DNA of 64,000 nucleotides from Pecten maximus (taxonomy: Eukaryota): the NCBI RefSeq assembly GCF_902652985.1, contig NC_047022.1, forward strand, positions 17,298,001 to 17,362,000. Reading direction: 5' to 3'. The notes beneath the pieces are model-generated. The model made no database searches, had not been told where the DNA came from, and saw only the letters and a list, made by a program, of their open reading frames with translations. Numbering within the stretch: position 1 is the stretch's first letter; each line of letters starts with the position of its first letter. The translations under genes and the position numbers were made by a program. Shown here piece by piece: positions 42,417-56,767 of this stretch.

Positions 42417-45400
42417 ATGACCAAAGACCGACTAGCGGCTTTAAAGGCGGTAGGTTTCTAAATCCTCAGCATCTGTATCAACTGTGAACTTGTCGATGTC
42501 TTCCTCATAAACGAGATTTGGACCCTGTGTGCATTCGAAATTTCTGAACGGAATTTTAGTGATTTTCCTGCTGGGAGTTCTAATACTTGTGGATTAACAG
42601 AAGTTTAAGCGTGTTTTCCTGGTCGAATGTTGTTTTTGTTTGTATAATCCCCACCCATTAAACCGATTTGCCGGTGTATATGTTTAGCAATGATCAGGCC
42701 ATGTCTATGTATTCATTATTATAGATGTTACATTACACACTCGGTCATACTGTACAGTATTAGTCATGTGTTTTTATGTCCCTGTCATTGCCAATTTTAC
42801 GATAAAATGAAATATCTAATATTTGTAACAAATACATGTTAATTAAATGTTGTATTTGTCATAAATTAATTTCCTGTTAAACCAAAAGAGAACAATTATT
42901 TTAAGTGTGCACAGGAAAGACCTCTTTTATCAAGGCCTATCTCATATTGCAGCTTAAAATGAAAATGGGTTGAAAAAGTCTTAATACCAAGTCAGAGATG
43001 AAACTGTCTCATGACATCTGATCTCTGATTATAATGATGATTGGGCGTATCCTATATTATTCAAAATAAAATGTAAGTCATGCTACACCTTCTTTTTTTT
43101 GGGGGTGGGGGGGGGGGGTCGTATCTTTGAATGATTTTCTTATCTCATTCGGTTATCACAATCATCTGTTGTTTCAATTAGTAAATTTAGGTTAACAGTT
43201 AATGTGTTTTTTTTATGATATTTGCATCCTCTGAAAAATTTGTTTCGAAAACTTATAAGCATTGGAAATAGTTCAACAATATAAACTGTTTAGTAAAGGA
43301 TGGGGAAATGTATACATATGTAATTCCAAAGGGTACCAAATAAATAGTCATTGAAATTTTTAAGTGAAATATATATTGTTAATTCAGTTATGGACTTTGA
43401 TATATATATCTAAGTCTGTGATTGAGTTGAATAAAACAAGCAAGAACAGCTGTCCGAATTAACATATTAGGCCTTAATCTCAGTTTACATCCCAGGTAAG
43501 TCAGACATTTAAAAAAAAAATTAAATATATTCTTTTACAATAAGGTAACATGGAATCTTTAAAGGGATATTCCTCAGAAGTTGCAAACTTTATTGATCTG
43601 TACCTTTTAAGAGATCTTTCTAAATTAGACATTTAAATAAAGCTATTGACCACGTCAAAATATTCTTCCTGTAATCAAGTGAAAGTGGTGGGAATACCCC
43701 TGGCCAATATAAAATTAGACTGCCCAGGTTTTATGCAAAATATTGGGCAAATACACAAGTTTTTTTGTTTTTTTTATACTTTAAACTTTTTTAAGGGATT
43801 GCATTTTCATCGCTTCATTCGGCTTATTTCCTGCCAATTTTACAATGTATACCAGTATATCATACAGTTCATGGGTGTTAATATAGCCCTATTTATTTGC
43901 TGTTTATAAGTAAATTTTCCCAGCAAAATTATTTCCCCTGGCCTAGCTAGTAAAAGTTCCTCAAGTTACCTATTAATTCCCCCCATTCCCAATAATTAGG
44001 CCTGACAACTTTATTTACATTCAACCAAAATCAATATCATCTCATTGGATATTTAATATACTTAGATCACCTATGCTATAGATGCTCATTTATAAAATCA
44101 GCTGGAAAAACCTAGCAATCATATTGTACTATACTGAAGTGGAAGAATATATATAGCCCCCTATAGCTAGCTAGCTAGTGCATGGCCTTTTGCAATTGGA
44201 AATCGGGGGTTTCCCCCTAGATAATGAAAGGGGTATTTTCCCCTAAATTCTGCCTTGGTGCATGAGTTAGGCTCATACAATGCAACCTGCTATGATGGAA
44301 TCAGGGACCATATATATGAAGTTTATAGATCCATCTAGGTAGATATATAATATTTCCACAAATTACCATCTTTGTTTATTACAGTAAATTGAGGCATACA
44401 TGTACAGTTTCCATAAGAACTAAGAAGATTCTTTTGTAAATGAAATTTCAAACTAGTATGAAATATTCCTTTAATAGCCCTTAAATTGAAAATGAATAAA
44501 ACTTTAATTTAGGGTAGTCTCAAAAATAGATCAACAGTAGAGGTACAGTATTTTTATGCCTAATGTGTGACTCCCATATGATATATAGAATGAACCTACA
44601 GAAAACATAAAAATATTGAATACTCTTTAGATTTTTCTTGTTATAAAAGCTGATGATTGTTTTAAACAAGAATTTTTAACTGCATTAATTTAATTCATAA
44701 TCAAATATGGTGTAAAATTACAGAAAAGGTAATGACAGTATTGTAAATTTAGATCAATGAGAGCTAGTAGTATGTATAATGATTGTAATATATACAACGT
44801 ATGTATTGTATATATGATACCATACAGTATTACGATACACCTGAGCAATTTACCTGCAATATTCTTCTATAATGATAATACTGAGGAAAGTAAGAAAGAC
44901 TGATGAAATCTAGTGTGTTTATATTTAGAAGTGTCCAGCTCAATTCTATTGTTTTGTTGAAAGATGTTTTTGTTCTAAAATTAAAGGAGACAAAGGGATC
45001 AGACACAAGTTATCATAGCGCCCTCTCTATGTACAATAAAATATATACTGCAACATACAATAGACCTAGAGTCCTACAAAGCAGAAATTTATCTAAAATC
45101 TTTTACTGGACTTGATGTAATGGTCTAAAAATATCCAATCTTTAAAGTGATACATACATGTAAATTTAAAGTATATTATGATAATCGTGACTTATTAAAT
45201 TTCGTGCAACTCCTCTTATTTTTGTTAGATTTTGTGGACCTACATCTGTTTTGATGCATAAAAAGTAGATTCAAATTGAATGTGTCAAGTCATGTAACCT
45301 GACTCAATTTTCATGTAATCTATAAGTTACGGGTACATTTCACATATACACACCATGAGATACCATACCACAGTAAATGATATGTCTTTGTTGTATGTCC

Positions 45401-46618
45401 TGGCTTTTATGGGAGTTAGATTACTAGTATCAACAGATACCTGGGAATTAGGCCAAAACTTTCCCACAAAATGGATCTGCATCCATTTGAAACAAGATCT
45501 TTAATATTTAATTTTCTTTAGGAAAAAGTAATATGCTGTCATAGAAAATAAGGTTAAAAGAAATATTGATAATTTTAAATGGTATCACAGTTCAGCATTA
45601 AGGATGTTTGGCCACGGTCTGTTTCCCAAATGGGATTTTTTTTCACCTGGTAATGAAAATGCAATGCATTATCTAAATATTTAAATTGAAGTATATGATC
45701 TTTTCTATAAATTTTTAATCTCAAGTAAAACTGAGCAAAAAGAATGATTTCTGGTTATTCAAATAAAAAAAAAAATCAGTATTTCAATACCAAAGGTCTT
45801 CTTTCCACACCCATTGCAAGACTTTGAGCAAATGAAGAAAAAGAAAACAGAAAAATTGCTTGAAATCATACTACAGATTTGTAACATATCTACTGTGGGT
45901 ATGACATATTTTTATGGCTAAAGGGGAAATAGGGAACATTGTGATTGTTCAAGAATTGTTTTAAAAATCAATAAAGGTGTCAAAGCAGCCATCCTCTAGT
46001 GCCAAAACAATTAAGACAAATCTCCAGGAGGGAAAATTGGACATAAACTTTTTTTTTTTAATTCCTAAAATCCTTACAATGGTTTAAGTAAAACAGTGTT
46101 TAAATTTGTATTGAGACAGTGATGTGACTGTTTGTATTATATTTGGTTGTTTCAAATATAATTAAAAAGTTTTCTTCTCTTGAAAAATATTTAAAATTTA
46201 AAATATGTCAAGAAAATATGACAATATACATGCCATAAATACAGATTTTCATGTAGAAAGTATCTTGCACTCCTTATTTTGCGAACAAAACACTATATGC
46301 AAGTTAACTAGTTGAATTTTTTTTTCTTATTTTGATTTGAAACATATCGGAGTAAAATTGCTGTTTGATCTATCTAATTACATCATTATACAGTAGTGAC
46401 ACATGTAATACTGTTTTGTAAGACATGTTTATTCAATATGTGAATTTATTCTATTTTCATTTTCAAAATAAATAATTTTATCTTACCTGTATAATTATCT
46501 CTTAGTTACTTAGATTCACTTGTTGATTTTACTGTAGGCACAAAGCGACGATGAAGAAGCTGATGATGTTGCCGTTAATGTGGATAGTAGTGGGTTTATG
46601 GAGCGGTTCTTCGGACAG
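42417..46618 (+). CDS. STX1A: Syntaxin-1 (Syx1A-like), first two coding exons; the gene continues beyond the window
   Basis: Exon 42417-42449 MTKDRLAALKA and exon 46538-46618 AQSDDEEADDVAVNVDSSGFMERFFGQ, both with GT-AG phase-0 junctions. Matches the invertebrate syntaxin-1 N-peptide. The next expected exon (V[ED]EIR...) was not found before 64000. Confidence 0.93.
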
Positions 46619-48301
46619 GTAGGTCATGCCAGTTATAGAAATTCCATGTGAAATTCCACTACTTCTGAATTCAGATCATAACGATACACCTGTGTCAGTT
46701 GTATCTAAAAAAAAGGTACTGTCGCTTGAGAATTACACTAAGTGTCCACTTTAAGAGGTGTCTGATTCTATTGCTGAGAAGTTTGTTGAGGGAAATATTT
46801 ATATATTTCTTCAGAGTATTTCTGACAAGTATAGGTGTGACATATCTTACTTATTATATAACTGTGAGTACCTCTGTTTCCTGTGGCCTGCCAGGCATTG
46901 TAATTAACATCTCACCTGTAGTTGGCCAATTGTACCTGTCATTAAAAGGTGCTATAAGTGTATGGTTCACAGTCTTGAACCAGAGGGGGGTTAAGGGCTT
47001 TGAGGGTCACTGACCCATAACTAATACTTTAATGAGAGGTGTGTGTGTTTAATTGATGGTAATTGATATATTATACACAGGTAACACCCCACAAGTCTAC
47101 TGTACAGGAAGTCCCAGTATGTCAAATAATCTGTTTGGCATGCTGTATTATAATGTATATAGTAATGAATTATTTTCTGAAATCTGACAAAGTTACCAAC
47201 ATGGATGTTTGAGAATAAATCCATTCTCTTTTTATGCAAGTACAGTACTTATTTTCAAATGCTCCTGAACTTCAATTTATTGCAAAATGTTCTGTAAAAT
47301 TTGAAATCCTTTCCATCATTCCTGCCATTAAACTCATATCAATACATGTATATAAATATATATGTCTCAAATCTGAAATTAATTCTTATAAAAAATATGC
47401 ACTGTTACTATATGGTAACAAATCTGGCCCCTTGTTTCCATGACGTTAGCAAACATTTCAGATTGTGATTTTGTTTGAGCATTTGCTGTTCGTTGCCTTG
47501 TTCTGCAATGTATCATCGTGATGTTTTACCAATTAAAGTGTCCATAATGATGACTGAACATACATAATATATGATACGTAGTTGTGGCTGTATTGAGCAA
47601 TAACACTTCATGTTAAATGTCAATATTGCGAGAATTGTTAAAGGTTGCAAATAGTGAACAAACTATTAGATTCATCCAAGCTGTTGGTAATTCATGTACG
47701 GCATTGGTTGGAAAAAACTTGTAGTAATAATTTATTTTTTGTTGGTAATAACTACATCAATAAGAATTGTCAACATTTGACAACTGTAACATGCAATATC
47801 TGCTCAGTAGAAATGTTTATTATGACATTATTATGGAAACACTATGTTGCTGTCTGGTTGAAACAAAAAAACACTGACATCAATAAGATATGATAACGAC
47901 TGACCCAATCATTGTTTTGTTTCCAGCCAGCACTGGCAATGAAAGGATAACAATTTTATGCATGGGTCTGAGGAAGTCTGACTCTAAAAACTCCTAATTG
48001 TATTTGTATATATGGTAGACTATATATACTATTGGTTTTCCTGCCTTTAGAGCTGGTACCATTTATTATAATATTTAGGTCCGAATTTGCAAGTCCCAAT
48101 CTATCCCTGAATTGTGCTTGTTGTTTGTTTTCCAAATATATTCATGAAAATTCCTTAAATTTTAAATCTGATATACAGTATTTTATATGAGACCAAAACA
48201 CACAATCCAGGCCTAAAATTCCTTAAAACTTTAAATCTGATATTTCTTAAATGAGGACTGGACACAACCCAGACCAATGTTAGTTTTTCAGGTGCATGTA
48301 C

Positions 48302-49030
48302 CGGTGCGTGCCAAACTTTCAAATCTTTTACAGGGCATTCGGTCTGGTGAAATAGAAATGTTTACCAGACCAGACAAAATTTTACCAGACCAAAAAAGAT
48401 AAAAATTCAAATTTCACTTCTATCAGGTTTTAATTGAATAATGTTATATTCAACAATGAACAATTCAATGCAATGACATTTCCAAGTTTTAAATGGTATC
48501 CAAAGTTTTGTATAGGAAACAACTAAACACAGATATTGAGATTGGCATTCTTTATTTCCAGGGCTTTTTTGTGCCCCTGCGCTTCTCTCATGGTCCTGAA
48601 TTGCTGAAATCTTCAAATTAGTACACCCAGTTAAGAACGTATTTTGATATGAATTGGGTTACCTTTAGTGATAGCAGTCTGATTGATGCATATAGGACAC
48701 ATGTCATCACGGCACCGTCAAACCATAGCCATTCCTCACGCCCATCACACCACTTAGCTAAAAACTTTCGCTCCCTCTTTTCCTCATACTGTTGTTTTGA
48801 GCTTGAATTGGAACTATCAGAACTTTTACGCTTTAAAGCCTTGCCCGGCACTGCACCGGGAACTATTTCAATGGCGGAAACATCGCCCATAAGTTATGAT
48901 AGAAACTATAATAAATGGCCCTTAAGAATTCCTGACCGGACATTGGGTCCGGCGATACAAATTATCGAATCGGACCGACGACAGTTTTACCGGATATGTC
49001 CGCCGGTCCGATGTAGTTTGACATGCACTG
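48302..49030 (-). mobile_element. Internally deleted hAT-like DNA transposon with 6-bp TSD
   Basis: Imperfect TIRs CGGTGCGTGCCAAACT / AGTTTGACATGCACTG, with ATGTAC on both flanks (48296-48301, 49031-49036). Subterminal CGGACC/CAGACC repeats. Relic ORF RKFLAKW..WLWFD..MTC resembles hAT N-terminal zinc-finger regions. Confidence 0.65.
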
Positions 49031-50603
49031 ATGTACTCAGACTCTTAACTTTATTTGTTTGATGCACAGAAAAATCACAATTTTCACCAGGTGGCAAATG
49101 GCCAGGAGATGCTGACCTTATGGAATTACTTTATATGTAAGGTTGTCTATGGGAGAATTAAGGGGACACTGGATCGCTTGGGACAGTCTTTCCCATTATA
49201 CCGGTATTTGCGTGTGCTGATCTGTAAACATTTTCTACAAAGTTAGATGTGTCTGTAAAAATGTAATCTTTATTTGCTTTACTACAATTACGAAAACATT
49301 AGGTATATCAACTTGGTTCGAATTGAAGCGCACAAGGGGTCTTGCTGTGGGAGGAAACCAGAGTACCCGAAAAAAAAACACCATGTGGTTCGACAGGTGA
49401 CCCCTAATAATAGTAATATAACCTTTTCACATCCAGTCAGGGAATGTCAATCACAGCCACCTATATTCTGGGTATGTTTGAAGAGCAAGGGAGTTATGAT
49501 ACCAACTTATATCATCTAACGAATGGGGCTCTAATTTTTGACCAAGTTAAAAACTTTGATAACATTAGATCTGACAGATACATGTAAATTTTGCACCAAA
49601 AATTTTATTTTTAATGTATTTGTATTTCAATTTGAGAGATATATACATTGTTAAACAAGAAATTGAAACTGATAATCCCTTGATAAAATATATATCCCTC
49701 TGAGATCATATAATGACGACTGAGACAAGATATAATGTTGGCTACATACCCATTTTAAATAATTCTGTGAGGAAGATCACATGTACACTACTGATTCAAA
49801 TACTGAATGTCATTGAAAGTAAATCTTACTACATTTCATTTTTCAATAAACTGATTGTAAGCCTATATTATATATACATCAATAGTTTGTGTAAGCCCAT
49901 ATTATATATACATCAACAGTTTTTCACATTGGGGTGTGTTATAATATATATGAGTGTGTCAGTCACAATAGTTATAATGAATAAATTATATTGGCAGTAT
50001 GTATGCGAGATTGTTCATTGGCATTTTTTGCACTGTCTTTCAGCATAAACAGTAATGTAGGCTGTTTCTTTTCACTGAAAGATTGCTATTTTCCCAAAAT
50101 GAATGTAAAAATCACGAATGTTTTCTAAATTTTTAAGAAACTTTACTTTTCTCAATTGATGAAAGCATGGCCTAGCCTGCTGAAAAAAAAGCATTAGCAG
50201 AAAAAACAAAGTTACATTATTTTAATATTTTCATTAAGAATCCAAGACCAATCAATATTTAGTCCCCAACATATGTCAAACCCTTTATGATTGTCTGTTC
50301 TGGATACCACAGTTTATTGCTTGGTTTATTTATCGGAAAGTATGCCAAGATATTTGTGTTGGATTTCCCCATCAGGCATAGCACTTGGTGATATGCTATA
50401 TAGGTGAAAAAGTGCTCACATTTAGGGGAAATGTCTTTTTTTTTTGCACCATCATAATGATATATTATATATATGGTTTGCATTAGTGATTTGGTTTGCA
50501 CTAGTGATTCCTCTATAATATATAAGGGTTTATAGTGTGGATGTGAAATGAACACAGAAGGTCAGTTAAGATATAGGGATGCCTAAACGGTATAGAGTTA
50601 ATA

Positions 50604-50740
50604 TTGTTTCATGCCTTATCAGTCGACAGTAAAAACTCTTCCCCCAAGGTGCTCGGACCAACCTTATGCACAGTTCATCAGGTTGGTCCCATCACCGAGA
50701 AGGGAGAATTTTTACTGTTGACTGATAAGGCATGAAACAA
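50604..50740. repeat. 137-bp imperfect palindrome (MITE-like)
   Basis: TTGTTTCATGCCTTATCAGTCGACAGTAAAAA / TTTTTACTGTTGACTGATAAGGCATGAAACAA, with an inner pair GGACCAACCT / AGGTTGGTCC. Confidence 0.75.
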
Positions 50741-51180
50741 CTGTTTTATTACCTGAATAATCCACAAGATCCCCGTTTTCAATAAGATTCAACAAACCCT
50801 GGTCAGAGGTTCTTTTGAACCTTTAATTTCTGGTTTCAAATTAGGGTTCATCACTAGGCGTTTCAGAGGATACTGTTTTCATGATCAGAAACATGCATCA
50901 TTGTAAGCATTTGAATATTTTAGTGTGTGCAGATATTCCTTGTAGGTCAACAGTCAAAAATATGGACGGGTCAATATTTGTTAGCATAGACAGGTTTGTT
51001 ACGATTTTGTAGTAATATTGCTGGGAAACAGTGGAAAGTATTTAATTTACATTTACATAGAAAATCGGGTAATAATTCAAATTGCATGATGAGGAGCAAT
51101 TGTCTAAAATCTACTTCATGTGGAAAGGTCAGAGGGTTGGGTCAGAAAACCTATAGTAGCTGTCAAATACAATAAGTATA

Positions 51181-52307
51181 CAGTACATTCCAGTTGATCG
51201 AGTAATGCTTAATAGGGTATTTCGTTTATTGGGGTAAAAATTCAGAAACCAAAACCATTTTCTCTTGAATCATGTTAAAAAAATCGTTTAATTGGGTTAT
51301 TCGACTACGATAATCTGACTCAAAAAATGGAAATGCTCCAATTTTCACGAAAGTCATCACGTATACCTTTAAGTTTTAGACATTTATCAACAAATAGGGT
51401 AATCAAGATGGTTATAATGTCAAAAAACGGTAAAATATTACCTTAAACGATAATGTTATGTCAGGGTTTTGTCATGTTTAGAACTGTGTTGTTTTTCTGC
51501 CTCGTGGGGTTTTTCTCCCAAACAGGAAATCGATTAAGCATTGTGGGTAAAATTAAATGTTATTTTTAGAGTCAGCAGCAGGCAAACATAATGGGGGTTT
51601 AAAAGCATAATTAAGCTACTAAACAATTAAACTTTTACTTCTGGGATGTAAAATCTTCGAAGCAGAAACCAAAACAATAGGTTTTGACCTGGGTCTGACA
51701 TTGCTACAGACCGATTGATATCACCGCTAACTGTGGCGAATTAAAAGTGAGGGGTTCGCCACGGGGAAATGTGACGACACCGGTACACAGGTGAGTTATT
51801 AAAAAAACAGTAGTAAACTTGGTTTCTCCAATCTCTGTGCTTTGGCAATTGAAAATAATATGGAATATTAAAAACTTCATAGCGAACAAAAGATTGCCTC
51901 TATGATAAACATAAATTATTTTAGCTGTACTTGTCGGTGAGTCCTTAGATTGTATGTCAAATTAGGAACACGTGGATGAAACAGGGATGTATGGCCTCGA
52001 TTTGAGGTGCTACGATTGTACCGTGTTATGAATAAGAAACAAGTTGTAAGGTTTTATTATTTTACTACATGTATTTTTATACAATTAGTAATAGTAGTCT
52101 GACAACTTGACATCAGTAAAAGCACAAACAAAAACACAATTTATTAACAATAATAAATGCAAATATTTTCATCCAAAATCAACCCAAATCTGACAACCAT
52201 TACGGACCAAATCTAAGATGGCGACGTGCACTTCGACTTATTGCGAAAGTCAGTTAATCGGGTAAAAATCCCTCGCAAATAGGCAACCCAATAAGCGGAA
52301 TGCACTG
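51181..52307. mobile_element. Non-autonomous Tc1/mariner-pogo type element
   Basis: TA|CAGTACATTCC ... GGAATGCACTG|TA termini, with subterminal TTAATCGGGTAA-like repeats. Confidence 0.6.
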
Positions 52308-54169
52308 TATATACATGTAACATGTCTAGGTTATTATCGTGACAATTTGTACTTTCTTGAAGGAATGGATACAGTATGCACATTATATATACAATGATAT
52401 GAAAATTTGATACTACATAAAAGAAAAACGATACATTTGTGATGTATTATGTATTAAAGTATAATAAATTACTGATAGTTTCATATCAGGATGTTGGTCG
52501 ATCTTTCAGGCATTTGTTGATTAATAGCAATGCTATTAATGTAAAAGAGATGGTTGCATATTTTCATACGTTTTTTTTTTTGGTCAGCTTGTATACCGTA
52601 GATAAGCATTGATGTCAATTTTTTTTTAGTTTAATTGGGGTATTAAAACAATTTTGTTAGCAAACTGTATGAATCAGATTCTTACAAATTTTACATACTA
52701 TGAAACTAAAAAGTAATTGACATTAATGCTTTTAATTAATTTTTGAAATTGATTTTTAAAATCAAAACATGCTTTATAATCAATTTAACTGATCTTATAA
52801 GGGATTCTTTTTCACAAATTTATCAATACGCAACATCAATTAATGGCTGTATTGTGACGTCACATTTTTCACACCATTTTTGTATTTTTTTTCATAGAGG
52901 TATGGAAAAAAAATCTCAACCAATCACAAAACCGCATTCTGCATACAAACAATGAAAAATTAATTATTATGTATTGAAAAAAATTTAACTTCAGTTTATA
53001 CCTCAAATTGCTTTGTTTCCAGAAGCACATAGTTTGCACAAGACGAGTTTTGAATCTAATGTGCTTAGGTTTAGTACTTCAAGTCTGGTCTGTTGATGAT
53101 GAGACTTTTTAGTTCGTACATTTATTCAGGGATAGGTTTAATTATCAAGCTTCCTTTGTCTAGCAGTATTCTTAGTTTGCGTGATAGGTTTAATTCTCAA
53201 ATTGTCTAGCTGTGTTCTTAGTTTGCAACTTTGCCCTGATATTGGATTGCTTGGTCTCCTGATTTAGAGCTCTGCTTATTTTGACTGCTTGGTTGTGTTA
53301 CCAACTAACTGCTCCATTGATATGGAGACTGTGGCTGGAGTTTTGAGTTCTCTACAGCATTTAATGGCCTGGGAAGCCCAGACAGTCAGCTTGTCATTCG
53401 AGTCACATTCTCTTCTGTGAAAAAAAAGACCAGTCTTGACTGTGATATTCGTAAAATCCTAGTTAGCTTGTTTGTTAAGATTTTTTTTGAAAAATCAAGT
53501 TTGGCTTTTAATACTGTAGGTATTATGGTATTTGGTTATAAAGGATTATTGTTACCACATATTAGTGTAGCAAAAGTTCACTCCCCTCATAACAAAGTAG
53601 TAATATCTTATGATATATTACTCATGTACAGTTGATGTGACCGTATTTGCATACACCGTTTAACCTTTAAGACTTTTCAGAATCTTTGCTAAGTTACTCT
53701 TAGAATCTAAGTGTAGGCTGTGAAGGAGTGTATTTAAGCCTGGCTCAATTAATATTAATTCATCCATTTGTAATTAAAAGAAATTTTCAATTCTATAAAA
53801 TTATTTTTAGAAAATACTGTTGAAAACAAGGGAAAAATAAACCATAAAGACCTAGAAATAGAAAATGTAGGGTAAATAATATGGTTTGGTATTGTATTGT
53901 TTAATGTCCTTTCAACAGCTTTGGTTATTTAAGGAATGCCTCGATCCCCTGTGTGTGAAATACATGCCTTTAGTGTAAGTGTGTGTGTTTTGGGAGGCTG
54001 TGGTATGTTTGTCTTTTTGTGAAAGCCTGAAACGGATGTCGACTATACATAGTGCTATCTTACTGAAGCACCTTCTACCAACGACATTCGGCAGGACACC
54101 TGACACGAAAACATTGGCAACGGCAAACTTCTCTCGTAGGCGCTGTGATAGCATTGATGGGTACAGAGG

Positions 54170-54332
54170 GCCGGCCACATAGCCTCAGGTTGAGATCAGA
54201 GGTGAGTGGTTCGACACTCCCTACCCGTGTCAGTTCAGTATCAGGAAGCTGAGAAATGGACTGCTCTGTGCTGTCGTGGTTGTGTCCTTTGGCAAGATAC
54301 TTTTACCCTAATTGCTCTTGGTGGCAGGCATT
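54170..54332 (+). mobile_element. CORE-type SINE, degraded
   Basis: B-box-like GGTTCGAC, then a block homologous to 383-490 including GTGTCCTTTGGCAAGATACTTTTACCCTAATTGCT. Confidence 0.55.
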
Positions 54333-56384
54333 CCAAAGACATCGGACCACCAGATCCGACTGTTAAAACTACCGACAATTTGCTTTAGTATACCGGACTG
54401 CCAGGAATCCTGTATTCTGATTGGCTGATGACAACACACAAATCTAGGTTATTTCCTAACCTGAATAATTTTTCTTGCTAGTTCATTATAGACTCAATCA
54501 TTGCTACAGATGGTATGGAGTATACCAATCATGTTTGTCCTGTGTAAAACACGGAGACATCCACGAAATAAAATGTTCACTCAGCGATATCAGTTCAATT
54601 GAAGATCAAGTTGAATTGAATTCTAAAATAAGTCAGGAATTGAGGGGAAATGATGCATCTTTGTAAAACATACATTTACCCAATGGGCCAATACCTAATT
54701 GTTACTTAGAAATGATCACATCAAAACTTCTGTTAAGAGTCAATATTTTTGTATTCAATCCATTTTAAATTTATTAACACTTTTATAATTACAACTATAA
54801 TTTGATGGCAAAATATGTACAAATAAGTATAACCTTGATGCCTTGATCAAATCATACACACAAATAGTAAAATGTAAGGTATCTAAGATTATACTGAAAT
54901 CATACACACTTTTATTGAATTTGTATTACCTACAATATTAATACCAGGTATACATTAATTTTGTATGTATATTTTTGTAATGTATTCATGATCATGCTTC
55001 ACAAAGCAACCATACCTGTTTCTTGTTGAATACGTTTAAGGTATATTTAATGATGTCCTGTTGTGATTAACATTGAGTAGAATTTGCTACTTGTAACTTA
55101 ACAAATTATATACCGCATGTGTATTTGGGAAAAGATGTAGCACTACTGTTCGATTTAAATCAAGAAAATGCAAATGGTGTCGGACTACCGTTTTTTCTGT
55201 GGAATTCTTTTAGAACAGAGATACATTTGTCACAGAGATGTAGGACATTTTAAGCTTGCCAAGCATAGATACAGGCCTCAATGAAGATCAATAAAATTTA
55301 AGCGCCTCCTCCTGGTAACATTAAGTAAAATTAAGGGATTTCAGGCACTCGAAGGAATCAGGTGATTTAGATCAAGATAGACGTCACAAAAATTGCCTGT
55401 TTCTGCTAAGCTTGACAGAATTGGTTGTCACTCATGTTTGTACTGTTCGGGGTGAAGGTAGCAGATTTGAATGTTGGAACTCGATATTTCCGCTATAGTA
55501 GGAAAACTAAGGATATTGTCAAATTTTGCTTAGTGAAGCAGAATCTACATGACAGTGGCTGCTGTTGGAGGTTGAAAGAGAATCTGTCAAAATTGATCTA
55601 ATTACAAGCACAGTATCTTTTGAATTCAGGTCATAAGAGATGTATGTGGAAATCTATTGGAATCTGGAAGACGAGCTAATGTCATTACTAAGGGAAGAGC
55701 ATTTTGTTAACAGTTAAATACTTCTGCTATTAGACACCATGATCAAAATAGAAATAATATAATATTAATTTGACAGTTTTAGTAATTATTGAAATAGGTT
55801 TGAGTGTTTAATTGTGTTAGCTGTGATTAGTCTCAGTCACCAGGCTTGGTGATGACTTTATGCTGTGGTGTTGTCATCATGCCTGTGTATGGTGTGATCA
55901 ATACCTGATGAGTAAGTCTTACTTTATGACTGGATTTCCTTTGGGTCTTAGTAATCAGTGTTTTTCCTGCCAATATAAATGAGTTTGCTAAAAGACCCCA
56001 CTCCCAATGCTATTTATATTCACCCTCATTTTTTTCTACCTCAAATGAACTTTGAAATTACTAGTTGATAATTGCTTAAAATCCTATAAAATCCCAAAAA
56101 AAGTGTACAAGTTCAGATTAAATTTCCTTTAGGTATAGAAGTATGTTCAATTAGTTAACTGTAAATTTCTAAAACTGGCCACATCTTTCGGTCAAACACA
56201 TGTTTAACCATATATTTGCATGTAGTTCATCGTAGTCGACTACGTAGATTGAATTAGGGTTCAGTAGATAAACTCCAACCTTCATGCTTGTGGTTTCCTA
56301 GTTAACCCAGCTGGACTGTAGCATGGTATTAGCTGCAGTGTTAATTGTTGTGCCATCATATAATACGTGTAGTACGCTACGGTA

Positions 56385-56603
56385 GGCCAAGGTGGCCGAG
56401 TGGTGAAGGTGTCCCGACACTTTATCACTAGCCCTCCACCTCTGGGTTGCGAGTTCGAAACCTACGTGGGGCAGTTGCCAGGTACTGACCGTATGACAGT
56501 GGTTTTTCTCCGGGTACCCCGGCTTTCCTCCACCTCCAAACCTGGCAGATCCTTAAATGACCCTGTCTGTTAATAGGACGTTAAACAAAATAAACCAAAT
56601 CAA
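56385..56603 (+). mobile_element. tRNA-headed V-domain SINE with 11-bp TSD
   Basis: A box GTGGCCGAGTGG, B box GTTCGAAAC, V-like core GGTTTTTCTCCGGGTACCCCGGCTTTCCTCC, A/C-rich tail. TSD ACGCTACGGTA at 56374-56384 and 56604-56614. Confidence 0.9.
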
Positions 56604-56767
56604 ACGCTACGGTAAGCACTACAGGTCAGTTTGGGTCAGTTACGGTCAGCTACATTCAAACTACAGTTACAGTAGGGTCTTGACATTAAAGCTCACTGTA
56701 GAGATATTTAAAAAAAAAGATTTGAAAAATTTTGTGCTAACCATTGAAGTTCAAACTATGTTTTAAA

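Noticed and set aside
55150-55700. Possible further syntaxin exon or nested gene
   Set aside because: No open frame matching the expected Habc sequence with proper splice sites.
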